From NCBI GenBank assembly GCA_963796055.1, contig CAWCKH010000004.1:320001-384000 (forward strand): DNA of 64,000 bases, in the 5' to 3' direction. Below are positions 28,775 through 37,168 of the stretch, piece by piece. Each line of letters opens with the position of its first letter. Position 1 is the first letter of the stretch. Under the pieces are notes generated by a model that did no database searches, was not told where the DNA came from, and saw nothing but the letters and a program-made list of their open reading frames with translations. Both the position numbers and the translations under genes were made by a program. This DNA comes from an uncultured delta proteobacterium. Lineage in GTDB: Bacteria > Myxococcota > Myxococcia > Myxococcales > Myxococcaceae.

Positions 28775-29320
28775 ATGGTCCGTCATCCCCGGCTCGCCGT
28801 TCCCGTCGGTCCCGAGGACCACGTGCTCGGAAGCCCGGAGGCGCCGCTGACCTTGGTCATGTACGGCGACTACACCTGCCCGTACACCCGCCGTGCCTCG
28901 GCCTTCGTGGACGTGGCCCGGAAGAAGCTCGGGCGGAAGATGCGGTACGCCTTCCGGCACTTCCCCCGGGAGGAGTTCCACTCCGAGGCGGAGCTGCTGG
29001 CCGAGGCGGCGCACGCGGCGGGGACGCAGGGCAAGTTCTGGGAGATGCACCAGGCCTTGATGCTCGAAGGGGAGCCGGTGGACCCGGCGAGCCTCGCCGC
29101 GGAGCTGGGGCTCGACCTCGAGCGCTTCTCGAGCGAGCTGCAGGCACGGACCCACCGCGCGCACGTGGCCGCGGAGATGGACGGTGGGGTGCGCAGCGGG
29201 GTCACCGGGACGCCCACGCTCTTCATCAACGGCAAGCGGCACGTGGGGACCTGGGAGAACAGCTCGCTGCTCCGGGCCCTGGGCGGCGCGCCGGCGATGG
29301 CGCGCTCGGCACATCTGTAA
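28775..29320 (+). CDS. DsbA/thioredoxin-fold protein with CPYT active site
   Basis: DHVLGSPEAPLTLVMYGDYTCPYT, FRHFP, QGKFWEMH, GVTGTPTLFING; GGAGG RBS. Confidence 0.9.
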   Translation: MVRHPRLAVPVGPEDHVLGSPEAPLTLVMYGDYTCPYTRRASAFVDVARKKLGRKMRYAFRHFPREEFHSEAELLAEAAHAAGTQGKFWEMHQALMLEGEPVDPASLAAELGLDLERFSSELQARTHRAHVAAEMDGGVRSGVTGTPTLFINGKRHVGTWENSSLLRALGGAPAMARSAHL

Positions 29321-29517
<197 letters not shown>

Positions 29518-29531
29518 TAAGCAGGCGGTTC

Positions 29532-31250
29532 ATGCCACGGTTCGTGCCGCCGCTCGCCCTGCTCTGCCTGTTCGCCTGCGCCCACGGAAAGGGGCTCTCC
29601 CGGGAGGAGGCGACGGCCCGGTTCTCCAGCCTGGTCTCCGACTACTTCGACGAGGCGTACGCCTTCGAGCCCACGCCCGGCACGCAGATGGGGTTCCACC
29701 AGTTCGACCCCAAGCTCGAGGACTTCAGCGCGCCGCGGGTGGCGACGCACGTGCAGAAGCTCCAGGGGATGCTCGACCGCGCGGTGGCGCTGTGGACCGA
29801 GCGGGTGGCGCTGCCCTACGACGACCTGATCGACCTCGAGGCGCTGGAGTCGCGCATCCGGGCCGACTTGCTGGAGTGGGAGAAGATGGGGTTCCGGCTC
29901 CAGAACCCGATGACCTACTCGCGCATCCCCGGCGAGGGCGTGGACGCGCTGCTCAAGCGCGACTTCGCCCCGGCCTCGGAGCGGCTCAAGTCCATCACCG
30001 CGCGGCTCCGGGCGGTGCCGGCGGTCTACGCCGCGGGCAAGGCCAACGTGAAGACGCCCCCCAAGGAGTGGACCGAGCTCGCCCTGCGGATGGCGAACGG
30101 CTCGCTGGGCTTCCTCCAGGAGTCGGTCTCCACCTGGGCGAAGGAAGCGGCCGGAGGCGACACGCTGGCGCTGGCCGACTTCAACCGGGCGAACACCACC
30201 GCCTATGCCGCGACTCAGGACTGGATCCACTTCCTGGAGAAGGAGCTGAAGCCCCGGAGCACCGGGAGCTGGGCCATCGGCCCGGCCTTCTTCTCCGAGA
30301 AGCTCCAGACCGAGGAGATGGTCTCCGAGCCGCTGGAGGCGCTGCTGGCCAAGGGGGAGGCGCAGCTGAAGGCGGACAACGAGGCGGCGGTGCAGACCGC
30401 GCAGCTGATCGACCGGCGGAGGTCGGTGGCCCAGGTGATGGCGGCGATGCAGTCCGACCATCCGACGGCGAAGGACCTCCTGCCCGCGGTGCGCCGCTCG
30501 CTGGAGGGGGTGCGGCAGTTCGTGGTCTCGAAGAACCTGGTCACCTTCCCCTCGGAGGTGAGGCCGAAGGTGGAGCCCACCCCGCCGTACGCCCGGAACG
30601 GCTCGTTCGCCTCGCTCGACGCGCCAGGGCCGTACGAGACCAAGGCCACCGAGTCCTACTACTACGTGACGCCCACCGAGGAGACGTGGAACAGCGCGCA
30701 GATCGAGGAGCACCTGCGTGCCTACGCCACGCCGATCCTGGCGATGACCGACGTGCACGAAGCCTACCCGGGCCACTTCCTGCAGGCGCTGTGGATGCCG
30801 AAGGTGCCGACCAAGGTGCGGAAGCTGCTCGCGGCCAACACCAACGTCGAGGGCTGGGCGCACTACACCGAGCAGATGGTGGTGGAGGAAGGGTTCGCGG
30901 ACGACGACCCGCGCATCAAGCTCGCGCAGCTGGAGGAGGCGCTGCTGCGCGACTGCCGGTTCGTGGTGGGCATCCAGCTGCACACCACCACGTTGACGGT
31001 GGAACAGGGGGCGGAGCGCTTCGTCAAGGAGTGCTTCCAGACGCCGGCCAATGCGTACGAGGAGGCCCGGCGCGGCACCTATGACCCGACGTACCTGTAC
31101 TACACGTACGGCAAGCTGCAGATCTACGAGCTGCGGCGTGAGTACCTGAGCCAGAAGGGGGGCACGTTGCGCGAGTTCCACGACGCGTTTCTCGCCCAGG
31201 GGGTGCTACCCATCCGCCTGGTCCGGAAGCTGCTCTTCGAGCAGAGGTGA
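29532..31250 (+). CDS. DUF885 family lipoprotein
   Basis: Lipobox FAC; HEAYPGHFLQ, EGWAHYTE, YTYGKLQIYELR, FHDAFL. Confidence 0.9.
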   Translation: MPRFVPPLALLCLFACAHGKGLSREEATARFSSLVSDYFDEAYAFEPTPGTQMGFHQFDPKLEDFSAPRVATHVQKLQGMLDRAVALWTERVALPYDDLIDLEALESRIRADLLEWEKMGFRLQNPMTYSRIPGEGVDALLKRDFAPASERLKSITARLRAVPAVYAAGKANVKTPPKEWTELALRMANGSLGFLQESVSTWAKEAAGGDTLALADFNRANTTAYAATQDWIHFLEKELKPRSTGSWAIGPAFFSEKLQTEEMVSEPLEALLAKGEAQLKADNEAAVQTAQLIDRRRSVAQVMAAMQSDHPTAKDLLPAVRRSLEGVRQFVVSKNLVTFPSEVRPKVEPTPPYARNGSFASLDAPGPYETKATESYYYVTPTEETWNSAQIEEHLRAYATPILAMTDVHEAYPGHFLQALWMPKVPTKVRKLLAANTNVEGWAHYTEQMVVEEGFADDDPRIKLAQLEEALLRDCRFVVGIQLHTTTLTVEQGAERFVKECFQTPANAYEEARRGTYDPTYLYYTYGKLQIYELRREYLSQKGGTLREFHDAFLAQGVLPIRLVRKLLFEQR

Positions 31251-31253
31251 GCC

Positions 31254-31673
31254 ATGCCCCCCCTGTCCTCTCCCCGCATCGTCGCCTGGCTGCTGCAGTC
31301 GCTGCCCACGACGTTCCTGGCGATCCTCTTCCTCCAGTCAGGGATCGACAAGGTGATCGACTTCCGCGGCAACCAGGGCTGGCTGACCCAGCACTTCGGG
31401 AACAGCCCGCTGCGGGGAGTGGTGACGCCGATGCTGCTGACCTTGACCATCATCGAGGTCACGGCGGGCGTGCTCTGCGCGGTGGGCCTGGTGGAGCTGG
31501 TGGTGCTCGGCGTGCCGCGGATCGCCTTCTGGGGCATCACCGTGGCAGCCATCGCCTTCCTGGCGCTCTTCTTCGGGCAGCGGATCGCCAAGGACTACAC
31601 CGGGGCAGCGGTGCTCCCGGCGTACTTCCTGGTGGCGCTGGTGGGGCTGTGGACGACGGGGCGGTTCCACTGA
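31254..31673 (+). CDS. DoxX family membrane protein
   Basis: FLAILFLQSGIDKV, LFFGQRIAKDYTGAA. Confidence 0.82.
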   Translation: MPPLSSPRIVAWLLQSLPTTFLAILFLQSGIDKVIDFRGNQGWLTQHFGNSPLRGVVTPMLLTLTIIEVTAGVLCAVGLVELVVLGVPRIAFWGITVAAIAFLALFFGQRIAKDYTGAAVLPAYFLVALVGLWTTGRFH

Positions 31674-32077
31674 GCGAGACGGCGAAGAGCCTGCGGCTGC
31701 AGCTGCTGCCCGGGCGACTGGCGGTGGCCCGGCTGTCCGGAACGGACCCGGTGCCCGCGTGGGTCGATGGACCGGGGGTGGTGTCCATCACCCGGCGGGC
31801 CGGAGAGCTGAGCGTGGTCTGCGCCGACGCGCGGGTGCCGGTGGAGGTGCGGGCCGAGCGCGGCTGGCGGGCGCTGGAGGTGGAAGGGCCGATCGACTTC
31901 CAGGAGGTCGGCGTGCTGCACGCCCTCACCGGGCCGCTGTCCCGGGCAGCGGTCTCGGTGTTCGCCATAGCGACCTTCGATACCGACCTGGTGCTCGTCC
32001 GGGAGGAGACACTCGCCCGGGCGGTGGAGGCGCTGCGGGCGGCGGGGCACCGGATCGACGCGCCGCCGGGCGCTTGA
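31670..32077 (+). CDS. ACT domain protein (ACT_7/CASTOR-like); start uncertain
   Basis: SITRRAGELSVVC, GWRALEVEGPIDF..VGVL, FAIATFDTDLVLV. Confidence 0.8.
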   Translation: MSETAKSLRLQLLPGRLAVARLSGTDPVPAWVDGPGVVSITRRAGELSVVCADARVPVEVRAERGWRALEVEGPIDFQEVGVLHALTGPLSRAAVSVFAIATFDTDLVLVREETLARAVEALRAAGHRIDAPPGA

Positions 32078-32182
32078 CGGGAGCGGTTCCCGCTGACGCC
32101 GGGGTCCGCGCGCATTCTGGTCTGCTCGATGTCTGCGCCACTGGCCGTGCCGGGCAGTCCAGCCACGGGCGAGGGTCGGCGC

Positions 32183-32752
32183 ATGAACTTCGCCCGACGA
32201 TCTCGCCTGCTCGACCTTCTCCTCCGGCTCGTCCTGAGCGTGTCCTCGGTGGCCCTCGCCGCGCCGGCGACCCCGGCCCCGGCGCGGGACGGCCAGCACG
32301 ACTTCGACTTCGCGCATGGAAGGTGGAAGATCCGCATCCGGAAGCTCAAGGCACCGCTCCGTGGCTCGACGGAGTGGGTGGAGATGTCCGGCACGTCGGT
32401 GTGCCGTCCCTTCTGGAACGGCGCGGGGAATCTCGACGAGCTCCAGGTGGACGGGCCGGACGGGCGTGTCGAGGCGATCACCGTCCGGATGTACTCACCG
32501 ACCGCCCGGCAGTGGTCGCTGAGCTGGGCGACGCGGAAGAGCGCGTCGTTCGGCGTGCCGACCGTGGGCGAGTTCCACGACGGCCGCGGCGAGTTCTACG
32601 ATCAGGAGGTCTGGGAGGGACGGACGATCTTCGTCCGCTACGTCTGGTCCGGCATCACCCGGACATCGGCGCACTTCGAGCAGGCCTTCTCGGACGACGG
32701 CGGGAAGACCTGGGAGGTGAACTGGATCACCGACCAGACGCGCATCGAGTAG
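32183..32752 (+). CDS. Secreted conserved hypothetical protein (DUF1579-like beta-barrel)
   Basis: Signal peptide; HDFDFAHGRW, FEQAFSDDGGKTWEVNW. Confidence 0.8.
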   Translation: MNFARRSRLLDLLLRLVLSVSSVALAAPATPAPARDGQHDFDFAHGRWKIRIRKLKAPLRGSTEWVEMSGTSVCRPFWNGAGNLDELQVDGPDGRVEAITVRMYSPTARQWSLSWATRKSASFGVPTVGEFHDGRGEFYDQEVWEGRTIFVRYVWSGITRTSAHFEQAFSDDGGKTWEVNWITDQTRIE

Positions 32753-32992
32753 GCACCACGGGGACGCGGTTCCGGATGGCACGGGCGGTGTCTCCCGGTC
32801 CGGGCCACTCGATCTGGTGCACGGTGCCGGAGTCGCTCTGACGGGAGCCGGGAACCCCGTCCGGGGTGGGCGCCTGCGCCTGTACCGCGCTGGCCCACTC
32901 CCGGAGCGCGGAGGGTTGCAACGGGTGATGATCGGGCCAAGCTGACACGAGACCCGTGTCGAGTCGCGACAAGACGGGGATGCCAGATTGCA

Positions 32993-33199
32993 CGCGGCAT
33001 CCCGAAACAATCTCTCAGCTGGGCGGGGGGGTCGGAGCACTGGCCATCTCGAGCTGGAAAGCGAGCGCTCGGGATGTGGAGTCCGATTCGGGGATGCTGA
33101 GTGCAATTCCACGTTCCGAAACGGACCCTTCTACGTTCCAGCAACGCTGACCCGCGCACCACCCTCCGCCCATGGGAGAGATTGTTTCGGGACGCCACG
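32993..33199. repeat. 38-bp imperfect inverted repeat (32/38 match, 17-bp perfect core) flanking a 131-bp structured interior
   Basis: Arm 32993-33030 CGCGGCATCCCGAAACAATCTCTCAGCTGGGCGGGGGG vs reverse complement of 33162-33199 CGTGGCGTCCCGAAACAATCTCTCCCATGGGCGGAGGG. Confidence 0.85.
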
Positions 33200-33402
33200 T
33201 TCGACGCCACGTTCTGGAACAGCGCCCGATGCGCGTCTTGCTCGGTTTCCGCGATTCCGGGCATCCGAGGGTTTGGACTCAGATGGGCTCCATCGAGCGC
33301 TCGAGCTCCGCGCAGGCCGCCCCGTGTAGGGTCCAACGTTCGTCCTCCGCCAGTCCGTCTCCCCAGGGGCCTGGCAAGCGCGGGTCAAGCCTCCGCCGCG
33401 GT

Positions 33403-33433
33403 GGTCGACCGAGCCTCCACCTCGGCTTCGACC
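33403..33433 (-). terminator. Hairpin downstream of the alpha/beta hydrolase (possible terminator)
   Basis: GGTCGA-CCGAG...CTCGG-(CT)-TCGACC stem about 35 nt past the stop; no clear U-tract. Confidence 0.3.
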
Positions 33434-33468
33434 GGCGCCCTCCCTCCCGCGAAACGCCTTCGGGCGGC

Positions 33469-34365
33469 TCAGCCTGCAACGAGCCGCAGGTCGGCCGCGG
33501 GCACCGCGACGGGCTGCTGCTGCGCCTGCCGATCCCACCCCACCGCGAACCGGACCGCCCGCTCGATCACCGTGGGGTCGGCGAGCAGCCTCCGATGCCC
33601 GAGGCCCTCGGTGGCAAACAGCTCGGCTCCCGGCCAGCCGCGGTGCAGCGCCTGGGCGGAGAGGAACGGGACCTCGCGGTCGCTGCGGTCGTGGATGACC
33701 AGCGCCCGCCCCGACAGCCGCGGGGCCACCGCGCTCAGCTCCATCGTCTCGATGCCGCCCTCGGTGAGCACGCGCCGGACCCGCTCCCGGATCCCGCTGC
33801 GGACCGCAGGCGCCAGCCCGAGCAGCTGCTCGAAGTGCTGGAGGTACGGCTCCATCGAGACCGGGCCGGAGATGAGCACCGCTCTGGGGAGCGGAGCGCC
33901 CTTGCCGGCGGCGAGCACCGTGGCCGGGACGCCGAAGGAGTGGGCGATGACCGCCTCCACCGACGGCTCGCGGCGAAGGCACATCTCCACCGCCGCCGCG
34001 GCCTGGGCCAGGTTCAGCCGCCGCCCTGGCGAGCGGCCATGGGCCGGCAGATCGAGGGCGACCACCCGGCGTCCCGCATCCCGCAGGGGCGAGACGAACG
34101 ACGCGAGGTCGCCCGAGCCACCGCCCCAGCCGTGCACCAGGAGCACCGTCGGGCCTCCGCCCTGCCACAGGTAGCTGGTAACCTGACGCCCCCCGGCCCG
34201 GAACCGCTCCACCGCGTCCGGCGCGGTGCCGAACCGCGGTACCCGCCGCGGCCCGGTGATGCAGAACAGCTCGAAGGCGAGCCGGCCAGCCGCACGGGGC
34301 GACACGGCCCCCGCTGCGGAGATCAGCCCGGACAGTAAACGAACGTTCGTACTATTCTTTGCCAT
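33469..34365 (-). CDS. Alpha/beta hydrolase
   Basis: VLLVHGWGG, LDLPAHGRS, IAHSFG nucleophile elbow, IHDRSDREV, GLGHRRLL; GAGGAG RBS. Confidence 0.92.
   Translation of the reverse strand: MAKNSTNVRLLSGLISAAGAVSPRAAGRLAFELFCITGPRRVPRFGTAPDAVERFRAGGRQVTSYLWQGGGPTVLLVHGWGGGSGDLASFVSPLRDAGRRVVALDLPAHGRSPGRRLNLAQAAAAVEMCLRREPSVEAVIAHSFGVPATVLAAGKGAPLPRAVLISGPVSMEPYLQHFEQLLGLAPAVRSGIRERVRRVLTEGGIETMELSAVAPRLSGRALVIHDRSDREVPFLSAQALHRGWPGAELFATEGLGHRRLLADPTVIERAVRFAVGWDRQAQQQPVAVPAADLRLVAG
34339..34350. promoter_or_regulatory. Probable TetR operator within the first codons of the hydrolase
   Basis: Perfect palindrome ACGAACGTTCGT; a near-identical copy lies in the tetR promoter. Confidence 0.65.
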
Positions 34366-34405
34366 GGCGATTCCTCCTCGACGACGTGCAACGACGGGTG
34401 ACAGG

Positions 34406-35002
34406 TCAGCGCGCGGGCAAGGCCTGCGCGAGCAGCTGCTCGAAGGACTGCCGGGCCAGGGCCTCGGCGTTGCGCTGGCGGAGAAGACGCCGCGCGTGGT
34501 GGAAGCCCAGCATCAGGCCGTGGATCTGGAAGGCGAGCAGGTCGCAGTCGAGGTCGGCGCGGAACACGCCCGACTCGACACCGAGCCGGGCCGAGCGCGA
34601 GAGGAGAGCCAGCAGCCGCTTCTCCTCCTCGACCAGGTAGTCGCGGACCGGACCCGGGCGATCGTCCAGCTCGAAGGAGGCGGCGGCGAAGATGCACCCG
34701 CCCAGTGCGTCGGGTGTGAAGGCCCACTTCAGCCACAGCTCGAACAGCGCCCGGAGCCGGGGCGCGCCGCGCGGCTGCTGCAGGGCCGGGCGGACGACAT
34801 TCGCCTCGAAGTCTGCCGAAGAGGCCCGGAGCACTTCGACCTGAAGCTCTTCCTTGCTGCCGAAGTGGGCGAAGAGCCCGCTCTTCGACATCTCCAGCGC
34901 CGAGGCCAGCTCGCCGATGCTCAGCCCCTCCAGGCCGTCACGGCTCGCCACCCTCGAGGCGTGGCGCAGGATGCGCGTCCGGGTTTCCTCGCCCTTGCTC
35001 AC
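34406..35002 (-). CDS. TetR/AcrR family transcriptional regulator
   Basis: GLEGLSIGELASALEMSKSGLFAHFGSKEEL; GGCIF..ELDDRPGPVR. Confidence 0.94.
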   Translation of the reverse strand: MSKGEETRTRILRHASRVASRDGLEGLSIGELASALEMSKSGLFAHFGSKEELQVEVLRASSADFEANVVRPALQQPRGAPRLRALFELWLKWAFTPDALGGCIFAAASFELDDRPGPVRDYLVEEEKRLLALLSRSARLGVESGVFRADLDCDLLAFQIHGLMLGFHHARRLLRQRNAEALARQSFEQLLAQALPAR

Positions 35003-35009
35003 GGGGTCC

Positions 35010-35038
35010 TTAATACGAACGGTCGTTCTTTTTGTCAA
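35010..35038 (-). promoter_or_regulatory. sigma70-type promoter of tetR with operator in the spacer
   Basis: TTGACA (35038-35033), 17 nt, TATTAA (35015-35010), 7 nt to GTG; ACGAACGGTCGT at 35015-35026. Confidence 0.6.
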
Positions 35039-37115
35039 CTCCCCCGTCCGCGGCCGGCGGGAGCCGGGCTCCCACCCCCTGGAGCACGGTCCGGAGCACG
35101 TGCGCCAGCTCCTCGATGCGGAAGGGCTTGTCGACGACCTCCCGGATGCCCGCCGCCCGCGCGGTGGACGCCGGGACCGACCACCGGTTCCCCGTGGACA
35201 GCACCACCGGCAGCTGGGGACGGATCCGTGCCACCCGCGCGGCGAGCTCCACCCCGTCCATCCGCGGCATCTGGAGGTCGGTGAGCAGCAGGTCGAAGTC
35301 GTCCGGATCCTCGGCGATGAGCTCCAGGGCCTCCTCGGGGTCGTTCACCGAGGTGACCTGGTACCCCAGCCGCCGCAGCTGCTCGCTCACCACCCGGGCG
35401 ATGACCGGCTCGTCGTCCACCACCAGGAGGCGCTCGCCCGCGCCGGGCGGCGCCGCGCCCGGGGCCACCACCGCTTCCGGGCGCTCCGCCTCGGCGGGGG
35501 GCAGCTCGACGTCGAAGGTGGTTCCCTGGCCGGGCGCGCTCCGGACGAAGATCTGCCCGCCGTGGTCCTGGACGATGCCCTGCACCACCGCCAGCCCGAG
35601 GCCGGTCCCCTCCCCCGGCGCCCGGGTGGTGAAGAAGGGCTCGAAGATCCGCTCCAGCACCTCGGGCGTCATCCCCGCCCCGTCGTCCGACACCCGGAGC
35701 CGCACCGTGTCCGGCGGCGCGCCGTCGCCCCCCGACCCCGGGAGATTCCCCAGGTACACGCCGATCTTCCCCCTCCGGCCCTGCAGCGCCGCAGCGGCGT
35801 TGGCGACGAGGTTGATCACCAGCTGGTGCATCTGTCCCTGATCGGCGAGCACCCGCGCCGTTCCCGAGTCGATGGCCGCCTCCAGCTCCACCGAGGCGGG
35901 GATCGACGCCCGCATCAGCTGGAGCGCCTCGGCCACCACCCGCTGCAGCTGGACCGGGCGGTGCTCCTGCCCGCTGCTCCGGGCGAAGGTGAGCAGCTGG
36001 CGAACCACGTCGCGGGCCCGACCACTGGCCTGGAGGATCTCCGAGGCCCGGGCCTGCATGGGCCCCGAGCACTCGTCGTGGAGCAGCTGCGCCTGGCCCA
36101 TGATGGCGGTGAGCACGTTGTTGAAGTCGTGGGCGATGCCGCTGGCCAGGGTGCCGATCGCCTCCCGCTTCTGTGACTGCCGCAGCTGCATCTCCAGATG
36201 CGCCCGGCGGGCCTCGGCCTCCTTGCGCTCGCTCACGTCGCGCCCGATGCCCAGCAGATCCGCGGAGGGGTCCGGAGACACGGCCAGCACCACCTCCAGC
36301 ACCCGCTCGCCCGCCACCGCACGCACCGGCACCTCGAGGGCGGGCCCGGGCGCGTCCTTCAGCCGGGTCCAGATCTCCTCCGCCCGCTCGCTGGCGATCA
36401 GCGAGACGAACCGCCGTCCCACCCAGTGGGCGGCCTGGAACCCGGTCACCGACTCGAACGCCGGGTTGAGCGCGGTGATGACCCCCTCGCGGTTGACGGT
36501 GAAGATGACGTCGCGGGCCCGGTCCACGAGCGTCCGGTAGCGATCCTGCGAGGCGCGGAGGTTCCGGGCCGCCAGCACCTGGAAGGCCACGGTCAGCCCG
36601 GCGTACACCGCGAAGTCGGCGAAGGTGGCCAGGGCCGAGTTGTGAATGGCCGGCGGCGGCAGCGCTCCTTTCGCTCCGGCAACGGCGAGCGCCAGCGCGG
36701 AGAGCAGAGACACCCCCGCGGTGACCACGGTGGCGCGCACCCCGAGCAGCAGGCCGGCGGCGACGATGAGCACCAGGTAGCCGAGCGGAGCCGAGCTCTG
36801 GATCCCCCCGGCGGTGGCCGCGGACACGGTCAACAAGAAGAACCCGCAGGCGAGATAGCCCACCGCGGCGAGCACCACCTGGCCTCGCCGGACGGCAAAG
36901 ACGAGGACGAGGACCACCGTCCACCCGAACGCCGTCTGCAGGCCGTACCGCATCCATGCTGCCGGATCGACCCAGGCGGAGATGGCCAGGTAGACCAGGA
37001 AGCCGGCCGCCTGGATCCCCAGGAACGACAGGAGGAGACGTGCCGCCCCGCGCGTGCGCAGCTCGCGCGACACCGCATCGGTCCGAGGGACGGTGGAGAG
37101 TGTCTCCAGCTTCAC
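35010..37115 (-). CDS. Membrane hybrid sensor histidine kinase (TM-PAS-HisKA-HATPase-REC)
   Basis: N-terminal TM helices; GIAHDFNNVL, QLVINLVANA, RIFEPFFTT, GTGLGL, LVVDDE, TDLQMP. Confidence 0.93.
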   Translation of the reverse strand: MKLETLSTVPRTDAVSRELRTRGAARLLLSFLGIQAAGFLVYLAISAWVDPAAWMRYGLQTAFGWTVVLVLVFAVRRGQVVLAAVGYLACGFFLLTVSAATAGGIQSSAPLGYLVLIVAAGLLLGVRATVVTAGVSLLSALALAVAGAKGALPPPAIHNSALATFADFAVYAGLTVAFQVLAARNLRASQDRYRTLVDRARDVIFTVNREGVITALNPAFESVTGFQAAHWVGRRFVSLIASERAEEIWTRLKDAPGPALEVPVRAVAGERVLEVVLAVSPDPSADLLGIGRDVSERKEAEARRAHLEMQLRQSQKREAIGTLASGIAHDFNNVLTAIMGQAQLLHDECSGPMQARASEILQASGRARDVVRQLLTFARSSGQEHRPVQLQRVVAEALQLMRASIPASVELEAAIDSGTARVLADQGQMHQLVINLVANAAAALQGRRGKIGVYLGNLPGSGGDGAPPDTVRLRVSDDGAGMTPEVLERIFEPFFTTRAPGEGTGLGLAVVQGIVQDHGGQIFVRSAPGQGTTFDVELPPAEAERPEAVVAPGAAPPGAGERLLVVDDEPVIARVVSEQLRRLGYQVTSVNDPEEALELIAEDPDDFDLLLTDLQMPRMDGVELAARVARIRPQLPVVLSTGNRWSVPASTARAAGIREVVDKPFRIEELAHVLRTVLQGVGARLPPAADGGVDKKNDRSY

Positions 37116-37168
37116 CGGTGCGCCATTACCAGATTCCGGGCACCTGCCCTAAGGTCCCCCGCGCTCGC

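Noticed and set aside
32777..32792. TGGCACG as a sigma54 promoter (similar word near 12692)
   Set aside because: No TTGC/TGC -12 element at the required spacing
32993..33199. Calling the 33-kb element a complete retron
   Set aside because: No adjacent reverse transcriptase, and the stem continues past the AGC loop; kept only as one hypothesis
32638..33479. Short overlapping ORFs across the 33-kb gap
   Set aside because: Atypical codon usage and no recognisable motifs
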